From Eledone cirrhosa (Eukaryota), in contig OZ024747.1 of assembly GCA_964016885.1 (NCBI GenBank), positions 12,834,001-12,898,000 of the forward strand: a stretch of 64,000 nt of DNA, written 5' to 3'. The notes beneath the pieces were generated by a model, which was given only the letters and a program-made list of their open reading frames with translations, was not told the DNA's origin and ran no database searches. Made by a program: the position numbers and the translations under genes. Below, piece after piece: positions 39,870 through 52,392 of the stretch (positions are counted from its first letter, which is position 1; each line of letters begins with the position of its first letter).

Positions 39870-40194
39870 CACACCATGTTCTGAAACAAAAATTGTTATA
39901 CTTTAGGTAATTATACTGCCTATTAAAAAAAAAAAAATGCGCCAGTTGAGTTTTATTTCAATTTTATTATTGGTCAAGTAAATAATCCATTCTTTGGCTA
40001 ATTTCATAACCAAATGGTTATTTGTAACACCACAGAAACACAAGGAGTAAATAAAACAAAATCACAACAAAAAGGAGACACAGAAAAGCAGGTATAGTTA
40101 TTGAGACGGCCACAGATAGTGTGATGAATTTTGACAATTAAATAAGCATCCAGTTACTCAACTATCTGAGGAATGGATTAATTACCTAACTAAT

Positions 40195-40400
40195 AATTCT
40201 TTTTAACAATGGTACAAGTCTAACAAATTGGGTGAAGGGAAAAGTCGATTATAAGGCCCAGTACATAACTGGTACAATATTTTATCAAACCTAGAAGGAT
40301 GAAAAGCAAAGTTTATCTTGGCAGGCAGGATTTGAACTCAGAAAGTTGCAACTAAATACCACAAAACATTTTGTTTGACACTCTACCACCACTCCACCTC
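40195..40400 (-). mobile_element. SINE family A, older copy
   Basis: AAGGATGAAAAGCAAAGT, GGATTTGAACTCAG. Confidence 0.7.
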
Positions 40401-42881
40401 CTTGGTTACCTGACTAAAAATAAAACAAGAACTAAGAACAAACATATATTTTTAAAAAGCAAACAAAAAAATTTGACCAAAGAAGCTAGTTAAAAAATTC
40501 CCCTGGAATTAGTATTTACCAAGAATGTTCCACCCTTGGGAATTAGTGACTTCCCAAACCATCCCTTCCACCACCCTCAAGCACCAAAGCCTGGTGACAG
40601 GCTTGATATCAATAGAAATACCATAAGGTATTCTATCCAACACTCCAATGACTCTGTTAATTGGCTGCCTTATATAAGACATCATAATTAGATAATTATT
40701 AAACTTCAGCTAAGCCTATTTGAAAGGCTGTCAGGTTGGTTTATAGTTGATGCTTTGATGGTAAATTTACAAATGACTGAATCTGTTTTATGTCCATAAT
40801 GAAGACACTTAATACCCACTGAGATAATCCATTTAACTATATACAAGTACAATGTGTAAATATAACCCAACACTATTTGCTGTAAGACCCTGTATAATCA
40901 ACTGTTTTATTATCTTGCAATGACAAATCCAAGTTGACTTAGCAGTTTTGGCGTAGCTAATGAGAAACCTCTCTGATCTATTTTTACAGAGACAATTGAT
41001 AATTTGTTTAATCACAAGGAGTTGTTCAGTCTCTCCAAATACATAGCTGGTTGTATTTTGAGACCCAAATTGCTAAACTGTGAGCAAAAGTTTAGAAACG
41101 TTGAAATTAGCTACAATCTGGAAATACATGATCAAGACATTCTTGGTAATTGTATTAATAGGATGTAATTATATTCTGTAATAGTCATATAATTATATTA
41201 GCATTTTATGTACAAAAGCAGGGTGTAAATTATGTACAAGAGCACAAGTATTAATTACAATACATGCAGCAAACATTGATTGTTGAATGGTTTTAAGAGA
41301 AAAAATAAGTTCTCAAAATCAAATAGTACTTATTGTAAACCCATTAGGTTTTTTTTATATAAGCAAAAAATATTAATACTCAGTGAGCAGGGTACCCATA
41401 ATAACATTGTTTCAGATATTTAGCATAACACTTTCAGTAAAGACTTACAGACTATATTAGGCTATGAGCTTTGTTTTCCTTTTCCCTGTAACGAATCTCA
41501 TTCAAATGAGGAAACAGTAATTTTGCTTTAAGTATAGTAATATTTTTTTTGATTAAAGATAATTAATCATATAAATTTTCCTGATTATAAAACTTAACCT
41601 ATTTTTTCTACTACAGAGTTCAGTATTTTATTGCTAATCTAATGTCACTATTGTCACAAACAAGTAATTTCATCTTTATGAATATTCTCAGCTGAAATAG
41701 TGACAACTTAATTTGAAATGAGGTTTTATTATTTGATAAATAACCTACGAATATAATAACCAAAATTAAAAAAGAAAAATATGTACACAACGTAACTTGG
41801 TATAACTTTGTAATAGGAATCAATGTGTAAAATCTACAAAAGATTGTGAAAATGCTTATTTTCATTCATATTTTCTTTAACCGTCTGCCAAAGAAAAAGA
41901 TATTAGATTTTCAGTTATTTGTATTTTCAATTTTTTCTGCATTCTTTGCAGGTGTTTTTGTACTGCTCTTGTTGGCAACAACAGACATAAATATATGTTG
42001 TTTAGTTAAAATATTTGTTTCTAACAAAGATTATATATTGATTATTGCACTTTTAATCTGTTGACTCAAAAGAACACACATTTAAATTCTGCACTAAAGC
42101 CCCTTAGCGCCGGAAGGCTTGAATGTAGAAACTTGTTGAATGATCTTAACATTTTGTTAGTTAAAAAAATAATTGTCAGGGAGGATTTAAATTAATTTGT
42201 TACAATATACCCTGACTATATACAGGCAGGAGAGACTATATACAGGCAGGAGAGACTTGTGAACTTGGTTATCTTTACACAGAGATCCTACTATTCAGCG
42301 GAATTAGCAAGAACCAAGAAGCTTTTATTACTGATACTATCACACTAACACACTGTCACATTCCCAATTAAAAGAAAAGGGCTTTAATTAAATGAAAAAG
42401 AAAAAAATCACTCAGTAGTATAAAGCTCATGTTGAACATAATTTATGTTCAAAATATTTTGTGAGAAAGCTCTTGAAACTATAAACCATTTGAAAACAGC
42501 TATCAATTTATCAATTGAACTATCAATTGCTTCCCATGATGCTTAATTCCAAATTCTTAATAAGATGGAGATGAATCATGCTTATAATATGTAAATGTTA
42601 TGGCTTCTAATGAATAGTACATAATAATGATACACATTATGATAATGAATTGGGTGATGAAACATTTAAAATCACTCTAAACATTTCCTGGATATTAGTA
42701 GCGATGTAATTAAAATAAAAGCAGCAGCTCGAATTTATTTCGCTAATGAACCCAAATTCCCTCTACCTTCCCCTACAAACAAAACAAAACAAAACAATAA
42801 AAAAAAAACTAACACAAAAAACAACAAAAAAAAAAAACTAAAGCCAAATACTTTTTTTACTTTAAAAAATAATCACAGATG

Positions 42882-43072
42882 TCATCATCATCATTTTACG
42901 TCCGCTTTTCCCTGCTTGCAAGGGTTGGACAGGTCCTATTCAGCACAGCATCTCTCCACTTGTCACGATCCTTCGTCATCTCCTCGGTGAGTTTCATTGA
43001 TCTGAGGTCTGCTTTCATCACTTCCGCCCATGTTTTTTGTGGTCTACTTCTACTGCATCTTCCTTCTAAAAT
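42882..43072 (-). mobile_element. RTE LINE 3' end, short-UTR type
   Basis: EGRCSRSRPQKTWAEVMKADL...DRDKWRDAV...PTLASREKRT* running directly into the (GAT)n tail. Confidence 0.88.
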
Positions 43073-43608
43073 AAATGAGTATAGATTTGCTTGCATTTCA
43101 TTCAAGTATAAAAGTCACACAACTAAATACTAATCATTTATTTTATTGTGAATGAATGAATGTTCATTTTTATATCTATTTTAACTTGCCTCTAAGTAAG
43201 TATAAATAACATCTAGTAGTAGTCGTTTAAAGTAAATCATTGTTTAATCTCTCGAGTTTAATTAAGTCCTTTGGTATAGCATTAAATACCTTGTGCCCGT
43301 TGATTTGGTTTAAAATAAAGTTTAATTTCTCCATTAAAATTGAGTATTTTTGATATCAATAAAAGTATCTGGTTCTAAAACAATGTGAACATCAAACAAT
43401 TATAAACACATACATATGTATGCATACGTATGTACGCATACATATGTACGCAGCATACATATGTACATATACATATGTACACATACATATGTACACATAC
43501 ATATGTACACATACATATGTACGCATACGTATGTACGCATACGTATGTACGCATACAACACATACATATTTACACATACAACACATACATATTTACACAT
43601 ATATAAAC

Positions 43609-44759
43609 AGAAAGGAGTAGGCAGAAACTCCATTTTATGTCCCAAATGCAAAGTATGGGTGCATAAAAGATGTAGTGGGATCACAGGTAAGCTAACTAAG
43701 AATATAGATTTTATATGTGGCCGGTGCTCAGGTGCAATAAGTAGCAGCAAGTGCCCACAGAATACTAGCTCATTCCATTGCACAGATGGTTCTATAGAAA
43801 TAGTGGACACCTTCTGTTACCTGGGTGACAAAATCAGCAGTGGTGGAGGGTGCTCCGAAAGTACAGTAGCTAGTCAGAACGGGATGGAAAAAGTTCAGAG
43901 AGCTTATACCACTATTGGCCGCTAATGGGTTCTCTCTAAAAATGAAAGGCAGGCTGTATGATGCCTGCATACGAACAGCAATGTTGCATGGCAGTGAGAC
44001 TTGGGCATTGTGTGCAGAGGATATACACAGACTGGAGAGGAACGAAGCTTGCATGCTCTGCTGGATGTGTAATAGTAATATACGTGAACGGCAAATCATA
44101 AACGAACTAAGGGAGAAATTAGGAATAAGAGGGATCAGATGTTGTCTACTCGAGAGAAGACTATGTTGGTACGGTCACATGATGCGCATGAAAGACGACA
44201 GCTGTATAAAAAAGTGCAGGGCAATATAGACGGTAGCCACGGAGTAGGCAGACCCTGAAAAACCTGGGATGACTTGATAAATTCCGACCTCACACACTTA
44301 CACCTCTCCAAGACAATGTCACTGGACCAAGATCTTTGGCGCTACACAGTAACACAGAAGACTCGCCTTGCCTAAGTACAAAGCGAAACCTACAGTCAGT
44401 AGGCACCTCTAACAAAAATACACCCCACCCCACTATTTCCACCCCATCTACACCACCCCTTTCAATGTAAAGTTATGTTGGTACCACAACATCCAGGCCG
44501 AAACAAATGAGGTCGTGTAGGTGTCACGACAAAAAAACACACAGTTCACGCTGTAATGTGGCCGTGTAGGTAACACGGTAAAAACCTCCCAGTCCACACT
44601 GTAAACATGGTTGGTGTTACGAAGGGCATCCAGCCGTAGAAAACCCGCCAGACAGTCTTATGCGAGCAAGACAACCAAGCTTGCCTCAAGTGGGAAAATT
44701 CCCGTCCAAACCCATGCAAGCATGGAAGATAGACGTTAAACGATGATGATGATGATGAT
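43609..44759 (+). mobile_element. 5'-truncated RTE-clade LINE (RT C-terminal part with a Cys/His zinc finger, long 3' UTR, (GAT)n tail)
   Basis: GVGRNSILCPKCKVWVHKRCSG...FICGRC...VDTFCYLGDKISSGGGC, then a frameshift, then KGRLYDACIRTAMLHGSETW...RRLCWYGHMMR; ends AGACGTTAAAC(GAT)n. Confidence 0.92.
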
Positions 44760-44929
44760 AAACACATACAACACATGTAGAGAATAATAAATCTTAAAAA
44801 TTCTAAGAGAAAATGTTTAAATACTGATCCTCTAATTTTGTTTAATTGGTCTCTAACGCAGCACCAAGTGATATGTTGCTAAGCAACCAAAATATACTTG
44901 CATGTTATCTGTGATAACTTAAACTAATT

Positions 44930-45497
44930 CATCACCGTCACCATCATAATCGCCATCATAATTGCCATCTTCATCATCACCATTATCATCACCACCATTA
45001 TCACCACCACCATCATCACCATCATCACCACCACCATCATCACCACCACCATCATCACCACCACCATTATCACCACCACCACCATTATCACCACCACCAC
45101 CATTATCACCACCACCACCATTATCACCATCACCACCATCACCACCATCACCACCATCACCACCATCACCATCACCACCATCACCACTACCAACCCTACC
45201 ACCATCACCACTACCAACACTACCATTACCACCATCACCACCATCGTCACCACCACCACCGTCACCACCACCACCGTCACCACCACCACCGTCACCACCA
45301 CCACCGTCATCACCACCACCGTCATCACCATCACTACCACCACCGCCACCACTGTCATCACCACCACCGCCATCACCATCACCATCACCACCGTCACCAT
45401 CACCACCATCACCACCACCACCGTCACCATCACCACCATCACCACCACCACCGTCACCACCGTCACCATCACCACCACCATCACCCTCACCATCACT
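44930..45497. repeat. (CAC/CAT/CGT)n trinucleotide tract
   Basis: Source of the Gly-Asp and Pro-Ser pseudo-ORFs. Confidence 0.95.
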
Positions 45498-45856
45498 ATT
45501 TAGTGCATTTTTCCCTACTTCCAAACGTGATTTGAATTAAATCAAATTATATGTATAGTTTTACTTCCTACTTGTTTTTTTTTTTATTTTTCTCATCTTC
45601 ATATTTAACCTATATTAGAAGTTAACACCATTTTATAATATATTACTTAAAAGTACTTAATTGAACTAGTTGCAACATTTTTTTAGTATTGCTTTTACAC
45701 AGTGTACTGTAAATATTTTTTCAATTAACTCACTAGTTGCTAAGCTCCAATTTTAAAGAGTATTTTAAGAGAAAATCTAGTTATTCCTGTTAAGTTTTGT
45801 GTTATGACATTCCTCAAGTTGGTATTTTTTCTATCCTGCTACAATTACTGCATGTA

Positions 45857-46203
45857 GCTTGTGGCTTAGTGGTTAGAGCATCGGCCTTGCTGGGTGATGT
45901 GTTGTTTCCTTGAGCAAGACAATTTATTTCACATTGCTCCAGTTTACTCAGCTGTAGAAATGAGATGATAGGGACCCCAGTCCCCCACTGCAAAGTGGTC
46001 GTGGAGGTGCCACGGAAAAAAAAGCACCCAGCCTACTCTGTAAAGTGGACGTGTAGGCGCCACGGAGAAAAAAGGCACCCAGCACTCACTGTAAATGTGA
46101 AGTTGGTGTTAGGAAGGGCATCCAGCTGTAGAAATGAAGCCAGAATCAGTTCCCGTCCCACCCTTGCAAGCAGGGAAAAGTGGATGTAAAATGATGATGA
46201 TGA
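45857..46203 (+). mobile_element. SINE family B, B-box region deleted
   Basis: Homolog of 10397-10742 lacking about 35 bp of the tRNA head. Confidence 0.88.
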
Positions 46204-46243
46204 AGGTTACATGGCAGATTACATGAATAATTATTGGTTCTAT

Positions 46244-46472
46244 TTAACCCTTTAGCATTCACATTATTCTAAATTTACTATTATGTTTTCCTGGAAAAGG
46301 CTTTATCTTAGATAATTATCTCACATAATATCGAAGCTATGAGATTTTGATATTATTTATTTTGAAAACAATACCTTAACATCAGTATGAGCAGTCGGTT
46401 ATAGCTGGTTTGAACAGAAAGAGGTGAGAGAATTCTGGCCGGATATGGCCAGTTTAAATGCTAAAGGGTTAA
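46244..46472 (+). mobile_element. piggyBac-type MITE A
   Basis: TTAA-CCCTTTAGCATT ... AATGCTAAAGGG-TTAA. Confidence 0.9.
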
Positions 46473-47772
46473 TGTAACGAATGGTATGCTTATGTACAGA
46501 GATGCTATAAAATAGGGTGAAGACCCTTAAAGATGGAAAAAGGAGTTGCCATTGGCAAGGAGATATGTAATTCGAAGGGCCAAACTTGTTATACACTACT
46601 ATACTGAATTTTCCTAAGAATTACATTATGAGTACACATGTCTGTGGAATGCTCAGCCACTTGCATGTTAATTTCATGAACAGATTATACCAGTGATTGA
46701 ACAACTGAAACACCCATCGTTAAAACTGATGCAGGAAGATGGTTGCTTATGATAGGCCCCTCAGGAAAGTGTGTCTCCAACGACCATCTTAGGAATAAGT
46801 GGACGAAGAAGATAATTTAACTCTATGATATAGCACTGTTTGTAAACTATAGACTTTGGTGTCACAGTTATGATGGAGAAGTAGTAGGTCATTGTTATAC
46901 TTGTAATCTAATTCCTTGGTGTTCTTTTACAACTTTACAACAGATTTTTATGATGAATGAACATTTGACATTTTGTTTTGGTTTGTAAAATGTCATCTTT
47001 GTTTTCATTTCTTTTTTAAACTAGTACACACATATGTTTGAAATGAGTTTATCATAGTCCCATACTATAATACAAGAAGTCACAGCTGGATTACTTGATA
47101 GAATATATATGGTACAGTCCACTTGGTTAAAGATCTGTAAGAAGAGTAAAGTTCATTGTTAACAATGTATAATTCTTTTTCTAAAATTTGTTATTTTTAG
47201 CTCTTGAAAGACAAACTAAGAATATTGTATAAACCCATTGACTATTTTAGAATTAATATTGTATTGTGGCAGCTTTTCACAATAAAAGCAAGTAAATTAA
47301 AAATTTTGAAACTTGCTCAATTTCTTCGTAAAGTTATTGATTTATTTACATTTTTCGTAAACTTATTGATTTATTTACATTCAGTATCTTTTTAGAGTAA
47401 TTAACTTAAAATATAGTGAATTCATGTAATTTTATTTATTTTAGGCATTAATAAACCAGGGCAAAACTTGTTATAGCTATTATTGTTCTTAAGTTGAGAT
47501 CATTGCAAATTACAGTCGGGAGCTTTCAATTAATTTCCTTGAAAATGATGTATTAAGAAGTTTTTAATTTGATTTGTCGTCATGAATAATTATAACTGTT
47601 CAAGATTGTGTGAAGTACTATATTGAGTCTATTAAGGTGTTAGAACAAATTTTCAACAATATTACAATTGCATGCAACTTGATAAATGTTAATTCCACAT
47701 TCTAAGCCTTGTCTCATTTTAATGACCATATGTTTTAATTATCTGCTGTCAGATATAAAGTGTATTTATTCT

Positions 47773-47943
47773 CCGTGAACCGACAATTCCGCACAGGACA
47801 ACTCGGCGCAACAACAATTTAGCGCAACGACAATTCAGCGCAACAACAATTTAACGCAACGACAATTCAGCGCAACAACAATTTAGCGCATGACAATGTA
47901 GCGCATGACAATTTAGCGCAAGGACAATTCAGCGCAAGGACAA
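47773..47943 (+). repeat. Subterminal tandem array of 18-19 bp units (ACAATTYAGCGCA), probable left end of the MULE element
   Basis: About 9 CpG-retaining units, 740 bp upstream of the FLYWCH ORF. Confidence 0.7.
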
Positions 47944-48124
47944 AGCAAAACGATATATAATGTGTGTGTATATATATATATATATTTAAAAAAAGGAAAT
48001 AGAATGACTTCACTTGTGGTTCCAAATAATTTATTTTCTTCAAAAATCCAAAGGTTTACAATTTGAAATTTTTAAAGAGAACTTGAGATGAAATTCTTAA
48101 GCAAAGTTTTTTCTTAAGAGAAAT

Positions 48125-48510
48125 ATGTGTGGGAATGGGGGAGTGTTGAAAGCGGTTGGTGGTAGTAGTGAGTTGAGATAGCGAGTGGGGTGGGGGGGAA
48201 AAGAAAAAAATATATTCACAGCAGGTGTCATGTATTTTGGTCAATTTTAGAATTCTTTTGTTCAAGAAGAATGTTTTTAGAAGGTGTGTTTGTGAGCAGC
48301 GCATTAGGGGGTACAATCTGTTTGGGTCACTTAAGCTTGGATTCTTTTGTTCAAAAGAATGTGTCCCTAGCAATTTTTAGTACCAAAAACGAATTTGTGT
48401 GTGTGTGTGTGGTTAGTTTCTCAGTAGGAAAGCAGAATAAAGGATTTTCCACTCACTATCTCAACTCACTACTATCCAACCGCTTTCAACACTCCCCCAT
48501 TCCTACACAT
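48125..48510. repeat. Inverted repeat of about 63 bp (48125-48188 / 48449-48510)
   Basis: ATGTGTGGGAATGGGGGAGTGTTGAAAGCGGTTGG...GAGTGG versus CCACTC...CCAACCGCTTTCAACACTCCCCCATTCCTACACAT. Confidence 0.85.
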
Positions 48511-48680
48511 ATTAAAACCCCACCCACCCACAAATACACCAAATCCATTTATATAGAACCACTCAGCACATACAAATCAGCAAGAAAGTTCTTCACACAC
48601 ACATTATTTGTGGTACTTCCTTTTTAAGAATCCAGTTGGTTATAAACATTTACCAAGTTAAGACTAAAAAAACGAGCCCT

Positions 48681-48870
48681 ATGGAGCGGATATATCAGAG
48701 AAAGGACGGGAGCACATTTTATTAAATGGATTCTGCTATCGTTTAGATAGAAAACTTAGAAATGGAAAAGAGTCTTGGCGTTGTACTGAAGACAAATGCA
48801 AAGGTCGTATCCATGTTAATGAAAGTTTATGGGAAGATATTACAACGCATTCCCATGTGGCGCAGCCAGC
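48681..48870 (+). pseudogene. FLYWCH zinc-finger N-terminus of a Mutator-like (MULE) transposase
   Basis: ISEKGREHILLNGFCYRLDRKLRNGKESWRCTEDKCKGRIHV...TTHSH from 48692; ATG at 48681 is one base out of frame. Not in the ORF track. Confidence 0.8.
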
Positions 48871-49084
48871 AGTATCAAGGATGAAGCAGATGGTTTATTC
48901 TCATGTGTCTATTAATATTATAGTATTCATTTATTCAGTCATGAAATCTTATAAACTTGTTGTTTTAGTATTAGATAAGTCCTGATATTGACATAAGTAA
49001 TTTCAGATTATCAAATATATTGTGTGTTGTACTTGAAATAATTAATACACTTGTAACTTGGATACTACACTACAACATTGCAAC

Positions 49085-49480
49085 TTAGGACTTTGCAAAA
49101 CTATATTAAGAGATATACTTTAGATATGCTAAGAGATCTACTTCCACAATTATTACAATCAGCTTTGTCACCTTCTTGAACAGTATTGCAATGTTGGCAT
49201 CCTGCATATATTGTGGAACTATCCCAACATTGACTGAGAAAATTTTTGGAGGAACCCAAGCAAGGTTGACTTTATGATTTTTTTCAAACCTCAGCTGATA
49301 CAAACTTTCCCAAAGATTTTGCCTGTTGGCAATGTATCTATTGCTTTGATGTGTTCCTCTATGATAGGGAATTTACCTAGTTTGTAGATCCCACATATTC
49401 TTGAATATAAGCCAATCCTACTATTTTATGTCTGAGAAATGGGCAAAAATCTGAACCTTATTTATGTAGAATTTTAAAGT
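49085..49480 (-). pseudogene. Decayed RTE-type LINE ORF fragment (region upstream of RT)
   Basis: EEHIKAIDTLPTGK and GIVPQYMQDANIAILFKK motifs, matching the KAI..L..GKAPG.D and VPQ..RDA.I..LFKKG pattern. Confidence 0.7.
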
Positions 49481-49911
49481 TGGTCACATGCTCTTCGGTT
49501 TATATTTGAGTATATATGGTAACTATGAATTGTTTAATAGCATTCAGAGTTGACTGGTGGACATAATTCTCTCTTGAATGAAGTTTTGAATTGTGTTCTG
49601 TTTATTTATGTAATAAGGGCATTGTTATGTCTTGGGAATTTTATACCTGGCAGTGCCCATTTTCTTTCCAGGTCTGAATAGCTGATTGCTTCCAGAGAGA
49701 GAGAAAGGGAAAGTGTTACAGAAATTGTGTGTATATTTGTTTTGAGGTTGGCTTAATATTGCGTTGCATTTGATGTTCTACAGTTTGTGTGTGTGTATAT
49801 ATATATATGTATGTTTGTATGTGTGTAGATACATGAGTGTTTATGTATGTGTCGGCCATTTGTGTATATTTGTGCATGTGCATAGATGTATATAAATGTG
49901 TGTGTGGGGTG

Positions 49912-49953
<42 letters not shown>

Positions 49954-49958
<5 letters not shown>

Positions 49959-50630
49959 AATTAAGTTAAAAATGTACATCCACATATGTATACTGAAATA
50001 CTAGTATGCATATGAATACACACACGTATACATATGTAGATGTACCGAGTTTTTCACTGGTCACTTTACTGTGAGTGTCCAGCTATTCTGTATGTAAACA
50101 CACAGACAAACCGGTTTTTAGAGTCATACTGGTTTTTGAGGAAACACCTTTCCTCTATTCTCCAGAAAGCCAGACAAGGAATATTGAACTAGTTTCGATG
50201 TTGTTACATCTCATCAGCAATATTTACCTATCTTCCGGCCTTTCTAGAGAATCGTAAAAGCACATATCGTTATATGCTTTTTCTATGAAAATTAGTAGTG
50301 GGCAGACTAATTTGCATAGAGCGTGAGTACTAGTTCAATATTCCTTGTCTGGCTTTCTGGAGAATAGAGGAAAGGTGTTTCCTCAAAAACCAGTATGACT
50401 CTAAAAACCGGTTTGTCTGTGTGTTTACATACAGAATAGCTGGACACTCACAGTAAAGTGACCAGTGAAAAACTCGGTACATCTACATATGTATACGTGT
50501 GTGTATTCATATGCATACTAGTATTTCAGTATACATATGTGGATGTACATTTTTAACTTAATTGTTTAAGCGTCAGTCATACAAAAGTGAGTTACAAACG
50601 AAACGAAATTTAATTTCGTTTCGTTATTTG

Positions 50631-50635
<5 letters not shown>
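49954..50635. mobile_element. Fold-back Penelope-like/retrozyme insert in (TA)n
   Basis: 240-bp inverted arms 49954-50193 and 50329-50568 that read as identical; hammerhead straddles the inner end of the left arm; (TA)n on both sides. Confidence 0.75.
50180..50224 (-). ncRNA. Minimal type I hammerhead ribozyme
   Basis: Minus strand reads AATATTG-CTGATGA-GATGT(AACA)ACATC-GAAA-CTAG-TT|CAATATT: 7-bp stem I, intact core, 5-bp stem II, palindromic ACTAGT stem III, GUU cleavage between 50187 and 50186. Confidence 0.9.
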
Positions 50636-50666
<31 letters not shown>

Positions 50667-51544
50667 TGTGTGTGTCTATATCTTCCTTGTGCTTCACTAT
50701 CCATTAAAAACAAAAGATCACAATTTTTTTTATCGTTTCCGTTTGAAAAGCCATTATTTTATTAAATATCAAAATTATATTGTCTAGTGAATTTTTTTTT
50801 TGCAAAAGAATTATTTGGATTTGATTTGCCAGAAAAGATTTAAACCTGACCTTTTATTTGATGTGTTAGTATGGAGATGCTTAGATTTAACAATCTCCTT
50901 GTAACTTCACTATTTGCCTTTATTTAGGCTGCTTAACTGATCATATTAAATCAAATTAAACAAATTTATACAAATTTAACATTTTAACAAGATAAATTTT
51001 TGAACAGCTAATTTACAAAAAAAAAAAAATTCACAAAAGAAAAAAATATCTTGTATGAGTAAAATTGTTTTTACATGTTTCTGATTTTTTTGTATCGCTG
51101 TCGAACATTTCAGTATTGTTCTTGTATTGCACCTTTCATTAGAATTGGTTTCCCAATAGTCAGTTTAGTAAACGATTTTCTTTTTTTATTATGTTTAAAT
51201 CTCATCTGTTGTTTTGGCTTCTCTTCACTATTGTCTTCAGTGAGCTTAAAGGAGGAAAACTCAATAAAATATCAACTTTTCACTTCACTAACTAGACAGA
51301 GAAGGAAACCTGAAAATATCAAATTACATTACTGCTCCCACCATTACCATTGCTATCATCATCATCATCATTACTACCATCATCACTATCATCACTATCA
51401 TCACTATCACTATTATCACCATCATCACTACCATCATCACTACGCCATCACCACTACACCACCACCACCACTCCACCACCACTACACCACCACCTCCACT
51501 ATTTAAAGCTGCAATAATAATACCCATAGATGTTTGAATTTAAA

Positions 51545-52172
51545 ACTATAGCATTTGTTCTGCGTAGTTCTTTACATTCTGAGTTTAAATCCTGCCGAGG
51601 TCAAACTTGCTTTTCATCCTTCCGAAGTTGATAAAATAAAGTACCAGTCAAATACTAGGGTTTGATGTAATCAACTTTTTTTTCCTTCTCCTCAAATTAC
51701 TGGCTTAGTTCTGAGGTTAGCTTTGCCTTTCATCCTTACGGGGTTGATAAAATAAAGTACCAGTAATGCCCTGGGGTTGATAAAATAAAGTACCAGTAAT
51801 GCCCTGGGATCGATGTAATAATGTACCAGTAATGCCCTGGGGTCGATAAACTAAAGTACCAGTAATGCCCTGGGGTCGATGTAATAATGTACCAGTAATG
51901 CCCTGGGATCGATAAAATAAAGTACCAGTAATGCTCTGGGATCGATGTAATAATGTACCAGTAATGCCCTTGGATCGATGTAATAATGTACCAGTAATGC
52001 CCTGGGATCGATGTAATAATGTACCAGTAATGCCCTGGGATCAATAAAATAAAGTACCAGTAATGCCCTGGGATCGATGTAATAATGTACCAGTAATGCC
52101 CTGGGATCGATGTAATCCAATTTTTTTCCTTCTCCCCAAATTGCTGTCCTTGTTCTTAAACTAGAAACCATT
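51545..52172 (+). mobile_element. SINE family A copies with an internal 36-bp tandem expansion
   Basis: SINE head and body at 51545-51720, then the body restarts and runs into about 10 repeats before the normal 3' end TAGAAACCATTAT. Confidence 0.85.
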
Positions 52173-52392
52173 ATCTGACATTGTTTTAATCTTTTGTTAA
52201 ATATTGAGCATTGTCAGTCAGACTTGATGTTTGGTGAACAGTGTAGTTTCTTCATTTCTGCTAGAGTGAATTACAGAGACAATGTCACATTTAACTTCAA
52301 GCTTGACATTTATCTCTAATGTCATCACATTTTATGACTGATGAATATTGGTACAATTCAGCTAATTTTCATTCAAATGGTTTTACCAATCC

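Noticed and set aside
44919-45540. Gly/Asp-rich or extensin-like protein
   Set aside because: Trinucleotide microsatellite open in most frames; no splice or homology support.
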